Below are positions 26,375-33,904 of a stretch of DNA of 33,904 nucleotides, one piece after another. The notes under the pieces were generated by a model. It had not been told where the DNA came from. It worked only from the letters and a program-made list of their open reading frames with translations, and did not search any database. Origin of the DNA: an uncultured Oligoflexus sp. GTDB lineage: Bacteria > Bdellovibrionota_B > Oligoflexia > Oligoflexales > Oligoflexaceae. The stretch is from the NCBI GenBank assembly GCA_964236955.1, contig CAXSGP010000050.1:1-33904 (forward strand). Reading direction: 5' to 3'. Position 1 is the stretch's first letter. Each line of letters opens with the position of its first letter. The translations under genes and the position numbers were made by a program.

Positions 26375-27874
26375 GTGAGCCCTTTTCCTCCCGGCCTCCG
26401 CGGCCTAGTGATCGACGACCATGACTTCATTCGCAAGAATGTGGCCAAGGCTCTGCGCAAACTCGATTTCAGCGAGGTTTTAGAATGCTCAAATGGCAAA
26501 GATGCCAAAGCCCTGATTGAGTCAATGCATTTAGATCTGATCATCTGTGATATCGAAGTCAATTTCATTTCCGGTTTTGAACTTCTCGACCATGTCCGCA
26601 GCATGGACACGCATTCTGATACGCCTTTCATCATCGTCACCGGGACGGCCGAGAAAGACGACATTGTCAAAGCCATCGACAAAGGGGCCGACGAGTACAT
26701 TATCAAGCCCTTTCAGTCCGAGGAAATCGAGGCCAAGATCAACAAGGTCCTCTCGCAGTTCTATACCCCAGGGCCCATTCTCGCTCGCATCCGCATGGCC
26801 GAAAAAGAAATCCTTCATGAACAGTGGGATCATGCCAGGGCTTTAGTGGAAGAGGCGTTGGCTAGCAAAGACAGCCCACGAGCCCGCCACCTCGAAGCCG
26901 TGATCATGCTCAAGCAGAAAAATCTCGGAGAATCGATTCATAAGCTACAGGAAAACATTCGTAACTATCCGAGCTATCTCAAAAACTATGTGACGCTCGC
27001 CAATATTTTTATCGAAGAAAAGGATTATCACAAAGCAGTGCATGCCCTGAGCCAGGAACTCGAGATCAACCCAAAGCAACCTTTGCGGCAAATTAAACTG
27101 GCAAACATGCTGCTCAAAGAAAAAAATGTTGAAGCAGCGATTGGTCACTATCGACTCGCACTGCTGGAAAATCCCAAGAATCCAGAAGCACTCTATGGTA
27201 TGGGCACCGCCTTTGCCCTGGACGAGAACATGGATAAATCGATTTACTATTTTAAACGCTATCGCCGCAATCATCCCAAAGACGGCCGGTCCCTTAAGGC
27301 GATCGTTCAATTCTGTGAGCAATCCGCCAATCTCAAGCTTGCCGAATCCTCGCTGCTTGATGAGAAAAAAGCGCATCCCGATCGGCTGGATGTTTATCTC
27401 ATCCTTGCCGAATTCTATATTCGCCATGAGCGCTTCGATGAGGTCCCGCCCCTCCTCGAGACGGCTATCAAACGTAAGCCTGATTTCGCAGCGGCTTACG
27501 TAACGCTGGCTAATTTTTTTCTCAAAACTAAGGATCTCGAATCAGCTGGGACCACCTTCCGACGACTGTTCATGACCAGTAAAGATCCCAACTGCATCGT
27601 CTACCTCGCCCAGTTCTACATTCAGACGGGGAAGTATTCACACGCCATCTCGGCAATTCATGAGAGCATGGCGAAGCAAGCCGATCTTCATAAAATCATG
27701 CCGCTGCTTTTTACGGCGACTTACAAAACCAAGCAATTTGCCAAAGCCCTGCTGATCAAACAGCGGATGATATCCCTAGGCCTACATGACAGTAAATACT
27801 GGGGTGATGGTGCCCTGGAAACCCAACTTAGTAACCGCACAGCCAATATAAACCGAATGAAAACAGCCTCATAA
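26375..27874 (+). CDS. Response regulator: receiver domain plus TPR array
   Basis: LVIDD...ICD...SGFELL..VR...TPFIIVTG...YIIKPF followed by about nine TPR-like repeats. Confidence 0.9.
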   Translation: MSPFPPGLRGLVIDDHDFIRKNVAKALRKLDFSEVLECSNGKDAKALIESMHLDLIICDIEVNFISGFELLDHVRSMDTHSDTPFIIVTGTAEKDDIVKAIDKGADEYIIKPFQSEEIEAKINKVLSQFYTPGPILARIRMAEKEILHEQWDHARALVEEALASKDSPRARHLEAVIMLKQKNLGESIHKLQENIRNYPSYLKNYVTLANIFIEEKDYHKAVHALSQELEINPKQPLRQIKLANMLLKEKNVEAAIGHYRLALLENPKNPEALYGMGTAFALDENMDKSIYYFKRYRRNHPKDGRSLKAIVQFCEQSANLKLAESSLLDEKKAHPDRLDVYLILAEFYIRHERFDEVPPLLETAIKRKPDFAAAYVTLANFFLKTKDLESAGTTFRRLFMTSKDPNCIVYLAQFYIQTGKYSHAISAIHESMAKQADLHKIMPLLFTATYKTKQFAKALLIKQRMISLGLHDSKYWGDGALETQLSNRTANINRMKTAS

Positions 27875-27935
27875 TCTTTTCCTTTTCTCCCGCCAGCGCC
27901 TGCACTATGCTCCCTCCCTGCAAAAAGGGGGGCCT

Positions 27936-28502
27936 ATGGATGAGCTGCAGCGTCTAAATTATTTGCATTGGATGAAAGAGCGCGGGCAAAGCTACCTGGT
28001 GCCGGACAGCTGCCTCGGCCCGCGTCCCGTTCCTCTGCCAGCGGCGGTGGGGGCTGGTGATGAGCCTGATGCGCACCTTGGCGGCTGTGAGGGCGATGCT
28101 CCAGCCTTAGCTGTGCCCATCTCTCAGAAGCACGCACCCAGCCTGGAAGAAGGCTTGCTACAAAACAAGGCCAGTCCGGAGGAAAAGCTTTGGGCAGGTG
28201 TCGTATTTTACTCGGGCACAGTCCTCAGTTCTAGTGAGCACGAGATGGTGGCCCGTATCGCCACGGCGCTTGATCTATCGGCTTTGGATTTTATTATCAC
28301 TTTTGGGGAAGGAGGCCGGGCGATGATCGCCGGAGCGCCGCACTGCCGGGTAATCGCAATGGGCGGTGATGATGAGGATTTAGCGGCGCGGTATAAGCAG
28401 CAGACCGTACTGAACATTCCTCATCCTGGCGCTATGCTGCGTGAGCCCCAACTCAAAATCTCAGCCTGGCAGACTCTACAAAAACTAAAGGCCACTCGTT
28501 AG
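27936..28502 (+). CDS. Degenerate uracil-DNA glycosylase-like protein
   Basis: C-terminal VIAMG...IPHPGAMLREPQLKISAWQTL resembles the family-4 UDG 'HPxxLLRxPxxKxxAWxDL' motif; the GEAPG motif and Fe-S cysteine pattern are absent. Confidence 0.6.
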   Translation: MDELQRLNYLHWMKERGQSYLVPDSCLGPRPVPLPAAVGAGDEPDAHLGGCEGDAPALAVPISQKHAPSLEEGLLQNKASPEEKLWAGVVFYSGTVLSSSEHEMVARIATALDLSALDFIITFGEGGRAMIAGAPHCRVIAMGGDDEDLAARYKQQTVLNIPHPGAMLREPQLKISAWQTLQKLKATR

Positions 28503-28541
28503 AGCAGCCTTTAGCCTTAGGGTCTTCGCTAGAGAATGCGT

Positions 28542-30446
28542 TTATTTCTGATCTTCGAATTCAGCATCAACGACGTTTGGATCGTGTTGCGCCCGTGCTC
28601 CGCCAGCCCCTGCATCACCCGCCCCAGCGCCAGGACCCTGATCTGCTGCCGCTTGTTTGTACAAGACTTCAGCCAGTTTGTGCGACTTGGACTCAAGGTT
28701 TTCCTTGGCCGCTTGCAAGTCTTTCAGGTCCGAACTATCGAGTTTGGATTTGGCTTGAGAAAGAGCCGATTCAACTTCCGATTTTACATCAGCAGGAATC
28801 TTGTCGCCAGCATCCTTAAGCGACTTCTCGGTTGAGAAGACCAAGCTATCCAATTGGTTTTTAGCTTCTACCGATTCGCGACGCGCTTTGTCGGCATCTT
28901 TATTGGCTTCAGCTTCTTTCACCATACGGTCGATGTCTTTTTCATCAATCTTGGTAGCTGCCTCGACGCGCAACTTCTGCTCTTTACCGGTGCCAAGGTC
29001 TTTCGCGGCAACCGAGAGGATACCGTTGGCATCGATATCAAAAGTCACTTCAACCTGAGGCACACCACGGGGCGCCGAAGGAATATCGGTGAGGGTAAAG
29101 CGGGCCAGCTGACGGTTATCGGCCGCCATCTCACGCTCACCCTGAAGAACGTTGATTTCAACGGAAGTCTGGCTGTCCGCAGCTGTTGAGAACACCTGGC
29201 TCTTTTTGGTTGGAATCGTTGTGTTACGCTCTATCAATTTCGTCATGACGCCGCCCAAAGTCTCGATACCGAGAGTCAGGGGAGTAACGTCGAGCAAGAG
29301 CACATCCTTCACGTCACCAGCCAGAACACCACCCTGGACCGCAGCGCCGATGGCCACAACTTCGTCTGGGTTTACTGTACGGTTCGGCTCACGCTTAAAG
29401 AATTCTTTAACCTTCTGCTGAACGAGCGGGATCCGAGTCGATCCCCCGACTAAGAGAACCTCTTGGATATCGTCGACAGAAAGGCCAGCGTCTTTGATAA
29501 CTTGACGGCAAGGTGCCAAAGTTTTTTCAACGATCGCGCCGATCATCTGCTCGAATTTTGCACGGGTCAAGCTTACGTTCAAATGCTTAGGACCGCTTTG
29601 ATCAGCCGTTAAGAACGGTAGATTGATGTCGGTTTGCTGAGCGGCAGACAGTTCGATCTTGGCTTTCTCGGCCGCTTCTTTCAAACGCTGCATGGCCATC
29701 GGATCGCTCTTTACATCGACGCCGGTTTCCGATTTGAAGTTATCAACCAACCATTGGATCAAAAGCTCATCGACGTTGTCACCACCGAGGTGGGTGTCGC
29801 CGCCGGTCGACAGGACTTCAACAACGTTTTCGCCGACTTCCAGGATGGAGACGTCGAAGGTACCGCCGCCGAAGTCATAAACTGCGATTTTCTCATGCTT
29901 TTTCTTATCGAGACCATAAGCGAGCGCGGCGGCTGTCGGCTCGTTAACAATTCTTTTAACATCGAGACCAGCAATACGGCCGGCGTCTTTGGTCGCCTGG
30001 CGCTGACCATCGTTAAAGTAAGCCGGCACGGTGATGACCGCTTCCGTTACAGGCTGACCCAGATAGTCCTCGGCGGCTTGCTTGAGCTTACCCAAAACCT
30101 TGGCGGCAATCTCTTGAGGGGTGTAGGTCTTGCCTTCGATTTCGAAGATAACCATATCCCCCTTACCACGGTTGACTTTATACGGCATTTTGTCCGCTTC
30201 GTCTTTACGCTCAGCAAAGGTCGTGCCCATGAATCGCTTGGCAGAATAGACTGTATTGCGGGGGTTGGTCACAGCTTGACGACGGGCGGCGTCGCCGACC
30301 AGGATCTCACCGGATTTGGTGAAAGCCACGACGCTTGGGGTGGTTCTCTTGCCTTCAGCGTTTGGAATAATAATGGGTTGACCATTTTCCATAACAGCAA
30401 CGACAGAGTTGGTTGTACCCAAATCGATTCCAATAATTTTTCCCAT
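28542..30446 (-). CDS. dnaK: Chaperone DnaK (Hsp70)
   Basis: [34 protein letters not shown] and the VVDAEFE tail. Confidence 0.99.
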   Translation of the reverse strand: MGKIIGIDLGTTNSVVAVMENGQPIIIPNAEGKRTTPSVVAFTKSGEILVGDAARRQAVTNPRNTVYSAKRFMGTTFAERKDEADKMPYKVNRGKGDMVIFEIEGKTYTPQEIAAKVLGKLKQAAEDYLGQPVTEAVITVPAYFNDGQRQATKDAGRIAGLDVKRIVNEPTAAALAYGLDKKKHEKIAVYDFGGGTFDVSILEVGENVVEVLSTGGDTHLGGDNVDELLIQWLVDNFKSETGVDVKSDPMAMQRLKEAAEKAKIELSAAQQTDINLPFLTADQSGPKHLNVSLTRAKFEQMIGAIVEKTLAPCRQVIKDAGLSVDDIQEVLLVGGSTRIPLVQQKVKEFFKREPNRTVNPDEVVAIGAAVQGGVLAGDVKDVLLLDVTPLTLGIETLGGVMTKLIERNTTIPTKKSQVFSTAADSQTSVEINVLQGEREMAADNRQLARFTLTDIPSAPRGVPQVEVTFDIDANGILSVAAKDLGTGKEQKLRVEAATKIDEKDIDRMVKEAEANKDADKARRESVEAKNQLDSLVFSTEKSLKDAGDKIPADVKSEVESALSQAKSKLDSSDLKDLQAAKENLESKSHKLAEVLYKQAAADQGPGAGAGDAGAGGARAQHDPNVVDAEFEDQK

Positions 30447-30551
30447 GTCTTACTCCATCCTTTTCCAGCACCCAAGTTGGGCATATTTTTTTGAGAAACT
30501 ATAACTTAGTGTTTAAGTAAGTCACAAAGACCGAACTTCGTTTCCTTCCTT

Positions 30552-30579
30552 AATCTAAGTCCTCGCTTGCACCTGTCAA
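30552..30579 (-). promoter_or_regulatory. dnaK promoter candidate
   Basis: Minus strand TTGACA-N16-TAGATT about 105 nt upstream of dnaK; no CIRCE repeat seen. Confidence 0.6.
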
Positions 30580-30624
30580 CACGCCAAACATGATAAGATT
30601 AAAGAAACGTGGAGGACTCGCCCC

Positions 30625-31761
30625 GTGTACGAACTACAATGCCCCACTTGCAACAAGCCATCCCACTATAATTTCTCGGATTATCTCCTGCTTTGCCCCT
30701 TTTGTTCAACTTCCTTTCGTCTGAATCAGGAAGATGGCCATAAGGAAATTTACGGCGACCATTACATTATTCCCAATACCATCGACAGTGCCACGGGCAA
30801 AGAGCTGGCATTGGAATGGCTGCGGCGTCTTCACCATAAGCCCGGTACGGTCGAGCAGGAGTTCTTTGTGACCGAGGTCAAGGGTTTTAGTATTCCCCTC
30901 TGGATCGTTTCCCTGGAAGGGCATACGTCCTGGAAAGGCCTGGTCAAAAAACACAACCGTCAAATCATTCGCAATTCTTCCTCCGATTTTCTGATGGAAA
31001 CCGGCCAGTTTCGTCGGACCTATCGTTGGGCAATCAACGCCCGTGCCAATATTTGCGAAACCTGGGGCCTTACTCGACTCCACGAGCCTGTCGAACCCAT
31101 TCATGTCGAATGGGACGGATTCCCCTTTGACTCAACCTTTACCCGGGGCCGCCTGAGCGACGAGGAGCAGCGTTCGGCCTATGAGGCCCGCAACTACTTT
31201 GAGTTTAAGTATTCTAACGGCACCCCCATACTCGGTGTGCAGGTGAATGAGGAAGAGGGCCTTCGGCGCGCGAAAAACCAAATCGAACTCTATCACTACA
31301 AATTGTCCTGCCTGAATGCCGACTATCTGATCGACTACCGCACCGAACTTGAGGTGGCAGGTATACAGCTGACGCACGTTCCGGTCTGGAAGGTCACTTA
31401 CATGTACCGGCCAAGCAGTTTTTTGCGCCATTTTCAAAAGCAAAAAGAAAAGCACCTGCTGATCGATGGCTACGGCAAAGGCATACTAAGCGGCGAGCTG
31501 GCCCTGGTCTATCACGACAAGGTTATGATCAATGCCTATGTCTGTGGCACGGCTTCCCTTCTCTTCTTTATTTTAGGCGCCGTATGGCATCCCGCCTTTC
31601 TACTGATCGCCATGTTCTGCCTGATCGTTGCCTCGCTCAGCGCCTTCAACAGCATCAAAAAGAAGACGGAACAAGAAGTGGAAGAACTGCGCAAGCTCTC
31701 GGCCTCGCATAGCATCGACAAGGACAGCAAGGGCGCCGCTCCAAAGCGGGCTCGTGCCTAG
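30625..31761 (+). CDS. Zn-ribbon protein with two C-terminal TM helices
   Basis: CPTC...CPFC, FSIPLW and HVPVWKVTY...LIDG..K patterns, hydrophobic C-terminal pair; GTG start with a GGAGG RBS. Confidence 0.85.
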   Translation: MYELQCPTCNKPSHYNFSDYLLLCPFCSTSFRLNQEDGHKEIYGDHYIIPNTIDSATGKELALEWLRRLHHKPGTVEQEFFVTEVKGFSIPLWIVSLEGHTSWKGLVKKHNRQIIRNSSSDFLMETGQFRRTYRWAINARANICETWGLTRLHEPVEPIHVEWDGFPFDSTFTRGRLSDEEQRSAYEARNYFEFKYSNGTPILGVQVNEEEGLRRAKNQIELYHYKLSCLNADYLIDYRTELEVAGIQLTHVPVWKVTYMYRPSSFLRHFQKQKEKHLLIDGYGKGILSGELALVYHDKVMINAYVCGTASLLFFILGAVWHPAFLLIAMFCLIVASLSAFNSIKKKTEQEVEELRKLSASHSIDKDSKGAAPKRARA

Positions 31762-31964
31762 CGAATAAAGGCGATGGGTGCTGAGGGTGAGAGGCGGCGG
31801 CGCTTGATGCGGTGGCCGCTCCCGCACCTCGGGCCATCCTCAGCATTGGGTGTTCGGCCTTCTCTTGACCTATCCAAAAATATTGAGAAATGCGCAGCTA
31901 TCCCGAAGATAAGCGCGCCTTTTACGTTGAGCCTATAAAGCCAGGATGAGTGTCGCCGTGACCC

Positions 31965-32429
31965 TCAATTGTCCAAGGGCAGTAGCGTCACCGGTGGTGG
32001 CGGGGCGCCCTTTTCAGCATGCGATCCATCGCTCACTTCCAAGGGAATAGGATAGGGCAGTGGCGAAGCCGCCATGAGAAGTTCGATCTTTTCCTTCAAG
32101 TCTTTTTCGGTAAAGGGCTTCTTTAAAAAATGGCTGGCGAGAATTTCGCTCTCATAGGCAGCCACGATCCTGGGCTCGCCGGCTAGGACCGAGAGGAGAA
32201 GGCAGCGTGGCGGTTGCTCCAGCTGCCGCAGGTGGCGGTAGCATTCGATGCCGTCCATTTCCGGCATGATGATATCGAGAGTCACCAGATCAGGCTGAAG
32301 GGTACGAATCAAGTCGAGCGCTTCGACGCCATTTTCACCTTCGCCCACCACCGACCACCCCAGTTTACTGAGGTGCGCTCGAATCATAGACCGCATCGTC
32401 GGGGAATCATCGATCACGATGGCACGCAT
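31965..32429 (-). CDS. CheY-like single receiver domain protein with a Pro-rich tail
   Basis: IDDS...GENG.EA......PDLVTLDIIMPEMDG...KPF. Confidence 0.92.
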   Translation of the reverse strand: MRAIVIDDSPTMRSMIRAHLSKLGWSVVGEGENGVEALDLIRTLQPDLVTLDIIMPEMDGIECYRHLRQLEQPPRCLLLSVLAGEPRIVAAYESEILASHFLKKPFTEKDLKEKIELLMAASPLPYPIPLEVSDGSHAEKGAPPPPVTLLPLDN

Positions 32430-32490
32430 AGCTTTCTCCCTTACTTGTAACCGTATTCAGAATACGTTTGCCTCAGCCAGAACACAACCA

Positions 32491-33717
32491 TCATCGCCGC
32501 GCCGGGTCATTGCCAGCTTGCGAGGCAAGGAGAAGCCAGACAAAAAGCAGAGCCGCAGCGAGCCTCCCCCAACTGGCGGCAAGCGGTCGAAAGCTGAGGG
32601 AGGAACTGCCAAATATTAAGCCCTGCCAGCGATCAAGGCTATAAAGACCATCATGAAAGAAGTTTAAAGCAAGGATCATCCCGTTCTGAAGATGGAGTTC
32701 GGGCAGAAAAATGCCAAGCAGGCAGACGATAAGCAGGATATCCCAAAGCGGCGAAACCAGGAAATCAAAGAGTAATGAAGCGAGGCTGAGGCGCGAAAAA
32801 ACCGCCAGACTGAGCAGCTGAATACTGATCGAGACGCGCAGCTGAGCGGCATAATTCCGGCTCCTACCAAAGGCTTTTAACGAATAGACGGCGCCCCAGC
32901 TTAAAAGATTCGAAAGGGAAAACCACTGGGAAGGAAAGAGCAGCGCCTGCGCTTGAAAAATCCAGGGCCCGGACGAGCCTCGCCCGCCTAAAAAAAGCGC
33001 CGGCCTGACCGGCGGAGGCCAAAGCCATTTTTTAAAGAACTGGTAGAGTTGCTCAAGAAAAGCCCGTTGGCAGGGAGGCGAAGCGCCACAGGCCAGCAGA
33101 TAGACCAAAAGACCCAGCAACGTCACACAGTCGGCGCAAAAGACCAAAGGCCGAAACAGCCGCCAATCGATAAGGGCCAACGCATAAACTAAGTTTATAG
33201 GGAGGCGACAGAGGTGCCGAAGCCACTTCGAAAGCAGCGAAAACTGACTGCCACTGATCACCAGCACATGCAGAAAACCCAGATTTCGATACAAGGATTT
33301 AAGACGGCCATCAGGCGTTCCACCCATCAGTAAACTAAAGGCAAGATTGCCCCAGAGGGGGTGCCAATCCAAACAAAACCGCTCGACCCAGGTCCGCAGG
33401 AACGCGGCGCCACAGCCGAGCTTGGTACCCAGCAAAAAAGTGGTCACCGGACTCGGCAGGGGACTGCTGCAGATGAACCAAAAGCGGCCGTCACAGAGAA
33501 GGTTGGCCGGATGGCCCTGAAGAAAATCGGGCCACATGGAAAGGCTGGCCTCGGGATAGAGGGTGGAGATTTGCCAGACCGCAGCAAGGAGGGCCGGAGC
33601 CGGCCTTGCGTAGCTCGTCCCAATCCAAAATCCTAATAAAATCAAACGATAGGCCGGCGCCCCTGGACAGACACAAACGAGATAGGTAAGGATCTGCGAC
33701 CATAAAAAAGATCTCAT
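32491..33717 (-). CDS. comEC: ComEC/Rec2 family competence membrane protein (short, divergent)
   Basis: LYRNLGFLHVLVISGSQ (ComEC G..H...ISG.H motif), GASPPCQRA and many TM segments. The ATG at 33717 has a GAGG RBS; the ORF track start is 33780. Confidence 0.75.
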   Translation of the reverse strand: MRSFLWSQILTYLVCVCPGAPAYRLILLGFWIGTSYARPAPALLAAVWQISTLYPEASLSMWPDFLQGHPANLLCDGRFWFICSSPLPSPVTTFLLGTKLGCGAAFLRTWVERFCLDWHPLWGNLAFSLLMGGTPDGRLKSLYRNLGFLHVLVISGSQFSLLSKWLRHLCRLPINLVYALALIDWRLFRPLVFCADCVTLLGLLVYLLACGASPPCQRAFLEQLYQFFKKWLWPPPVRPALFLGGRGSSGPWIFQAQALLFPSQWFSLSNLLSWGAVYSLKAFGRSRNYAAQLRVSISIQLLSLAVFSRLSLASLLFDFLVSPLWDILLIVCLLGIFLPELHLQNGMILALNFFHDGLYSLDRWQGLIFGSSSLSFRPLAASWGRLAAALLFVWLLLASQAGNDPARR

Positions 33718-33904
33718 ATTCGCCTCTTGGGCAAAGATAGGAGAGGGGGAGGGGTCTAGGGAAGGGACAAAATCAAGCATGGAAAAGCGTCCAGGATGGC
33801 GTTTGAGATCTCAAGGCGCTTGTTCGCAAGAAGTTTCTGTCGAGCCAGAAAGCCAGACCAGCCCATGTCTTGAACGCGTGTAACCTTGCCTTCCAATCCT
33901 TTGA

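Noticed and set aside
29634..30494. 286-aa plus-strand ORF and others antisense to dnaK
   Set aside because: Known antisense shadow ORF of hsp70 genes caused by codon bias.
33389..33410. CAGGTCCGCAGGAACGCGG resembling the SRP RNA loop
   Set aside because: Lies inside comEC, mismatches the consensus and lacks the long flanking helix.
33756..33904. 3' end of a gene upstream of comEC
   Set aside because: More than one minus-strand frame is open to the window edge and none has a recognisable motif.
1..33904. CRISPR arrays, tRNA/rRNA, tmRNA, RNase P RNA, integrases, phage or recognisable defence genes
   Set aside because: None seen on reading; tRNAscan, cmscan and DefenseFinder would be needed to exclude them formally.

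Overview
Bacterial chromosomal window. Gene content and style (secreted lipoproteins with CXXCH motifs, many TPR and response-regulator genes, sigma54- and sigma28-like promoters, divergent RNase Y) suggest Bdellovibrionota/Oligoflexia or a relative, but this is an inference. Bases 1-5100 are an AT-richer, decayed accessory patch: an IS5-family end missed by the ORF track, an orphan lipoprotein, a Fic-N-terminal/lipoprotein chimera, a DUF6933-like remnant, a VOC gene and a sigma54-type acyltransferase gene. Bases 5.2-14 kb hold a Tat-exported flavin oxidoreductase and a minus-strand run of exported proteins: DUF1460 amidase, metzincin lipoprotein, a 600-aa mono-CXXCH lipoprotein behind duplicated sigma28-like promoter/palindrome units, a small cytochrome c lipoprotein and a helical-repeat protein. 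Bases 14.3-20.8 kb are a CHASE3 hybrid kinase-CheR-CheB-hybrid kinase operon. At 21.05-21.3 kb is a DnaA-box cluster with no dnaA nearby. The rest is core-like: rpmI-rplT without infC and with a structured leader, suhB, an RNase Y homologue with a degenerate KH motif, TPR proteins, a degenerate UDG-like protein, dnaK, a Zn-ribbon membrane protein, a receiver protein and ComEC. The best leads are the DnaA-box element, the secreted heme-lipoprotein/hydrolase cluster with its promoters, the KH-degenerate RNase Y and the rpmI leader switch. No rRNA, tRNA or CRISPR array was seen. All family assignments are by eye from motifs; no searches were run.
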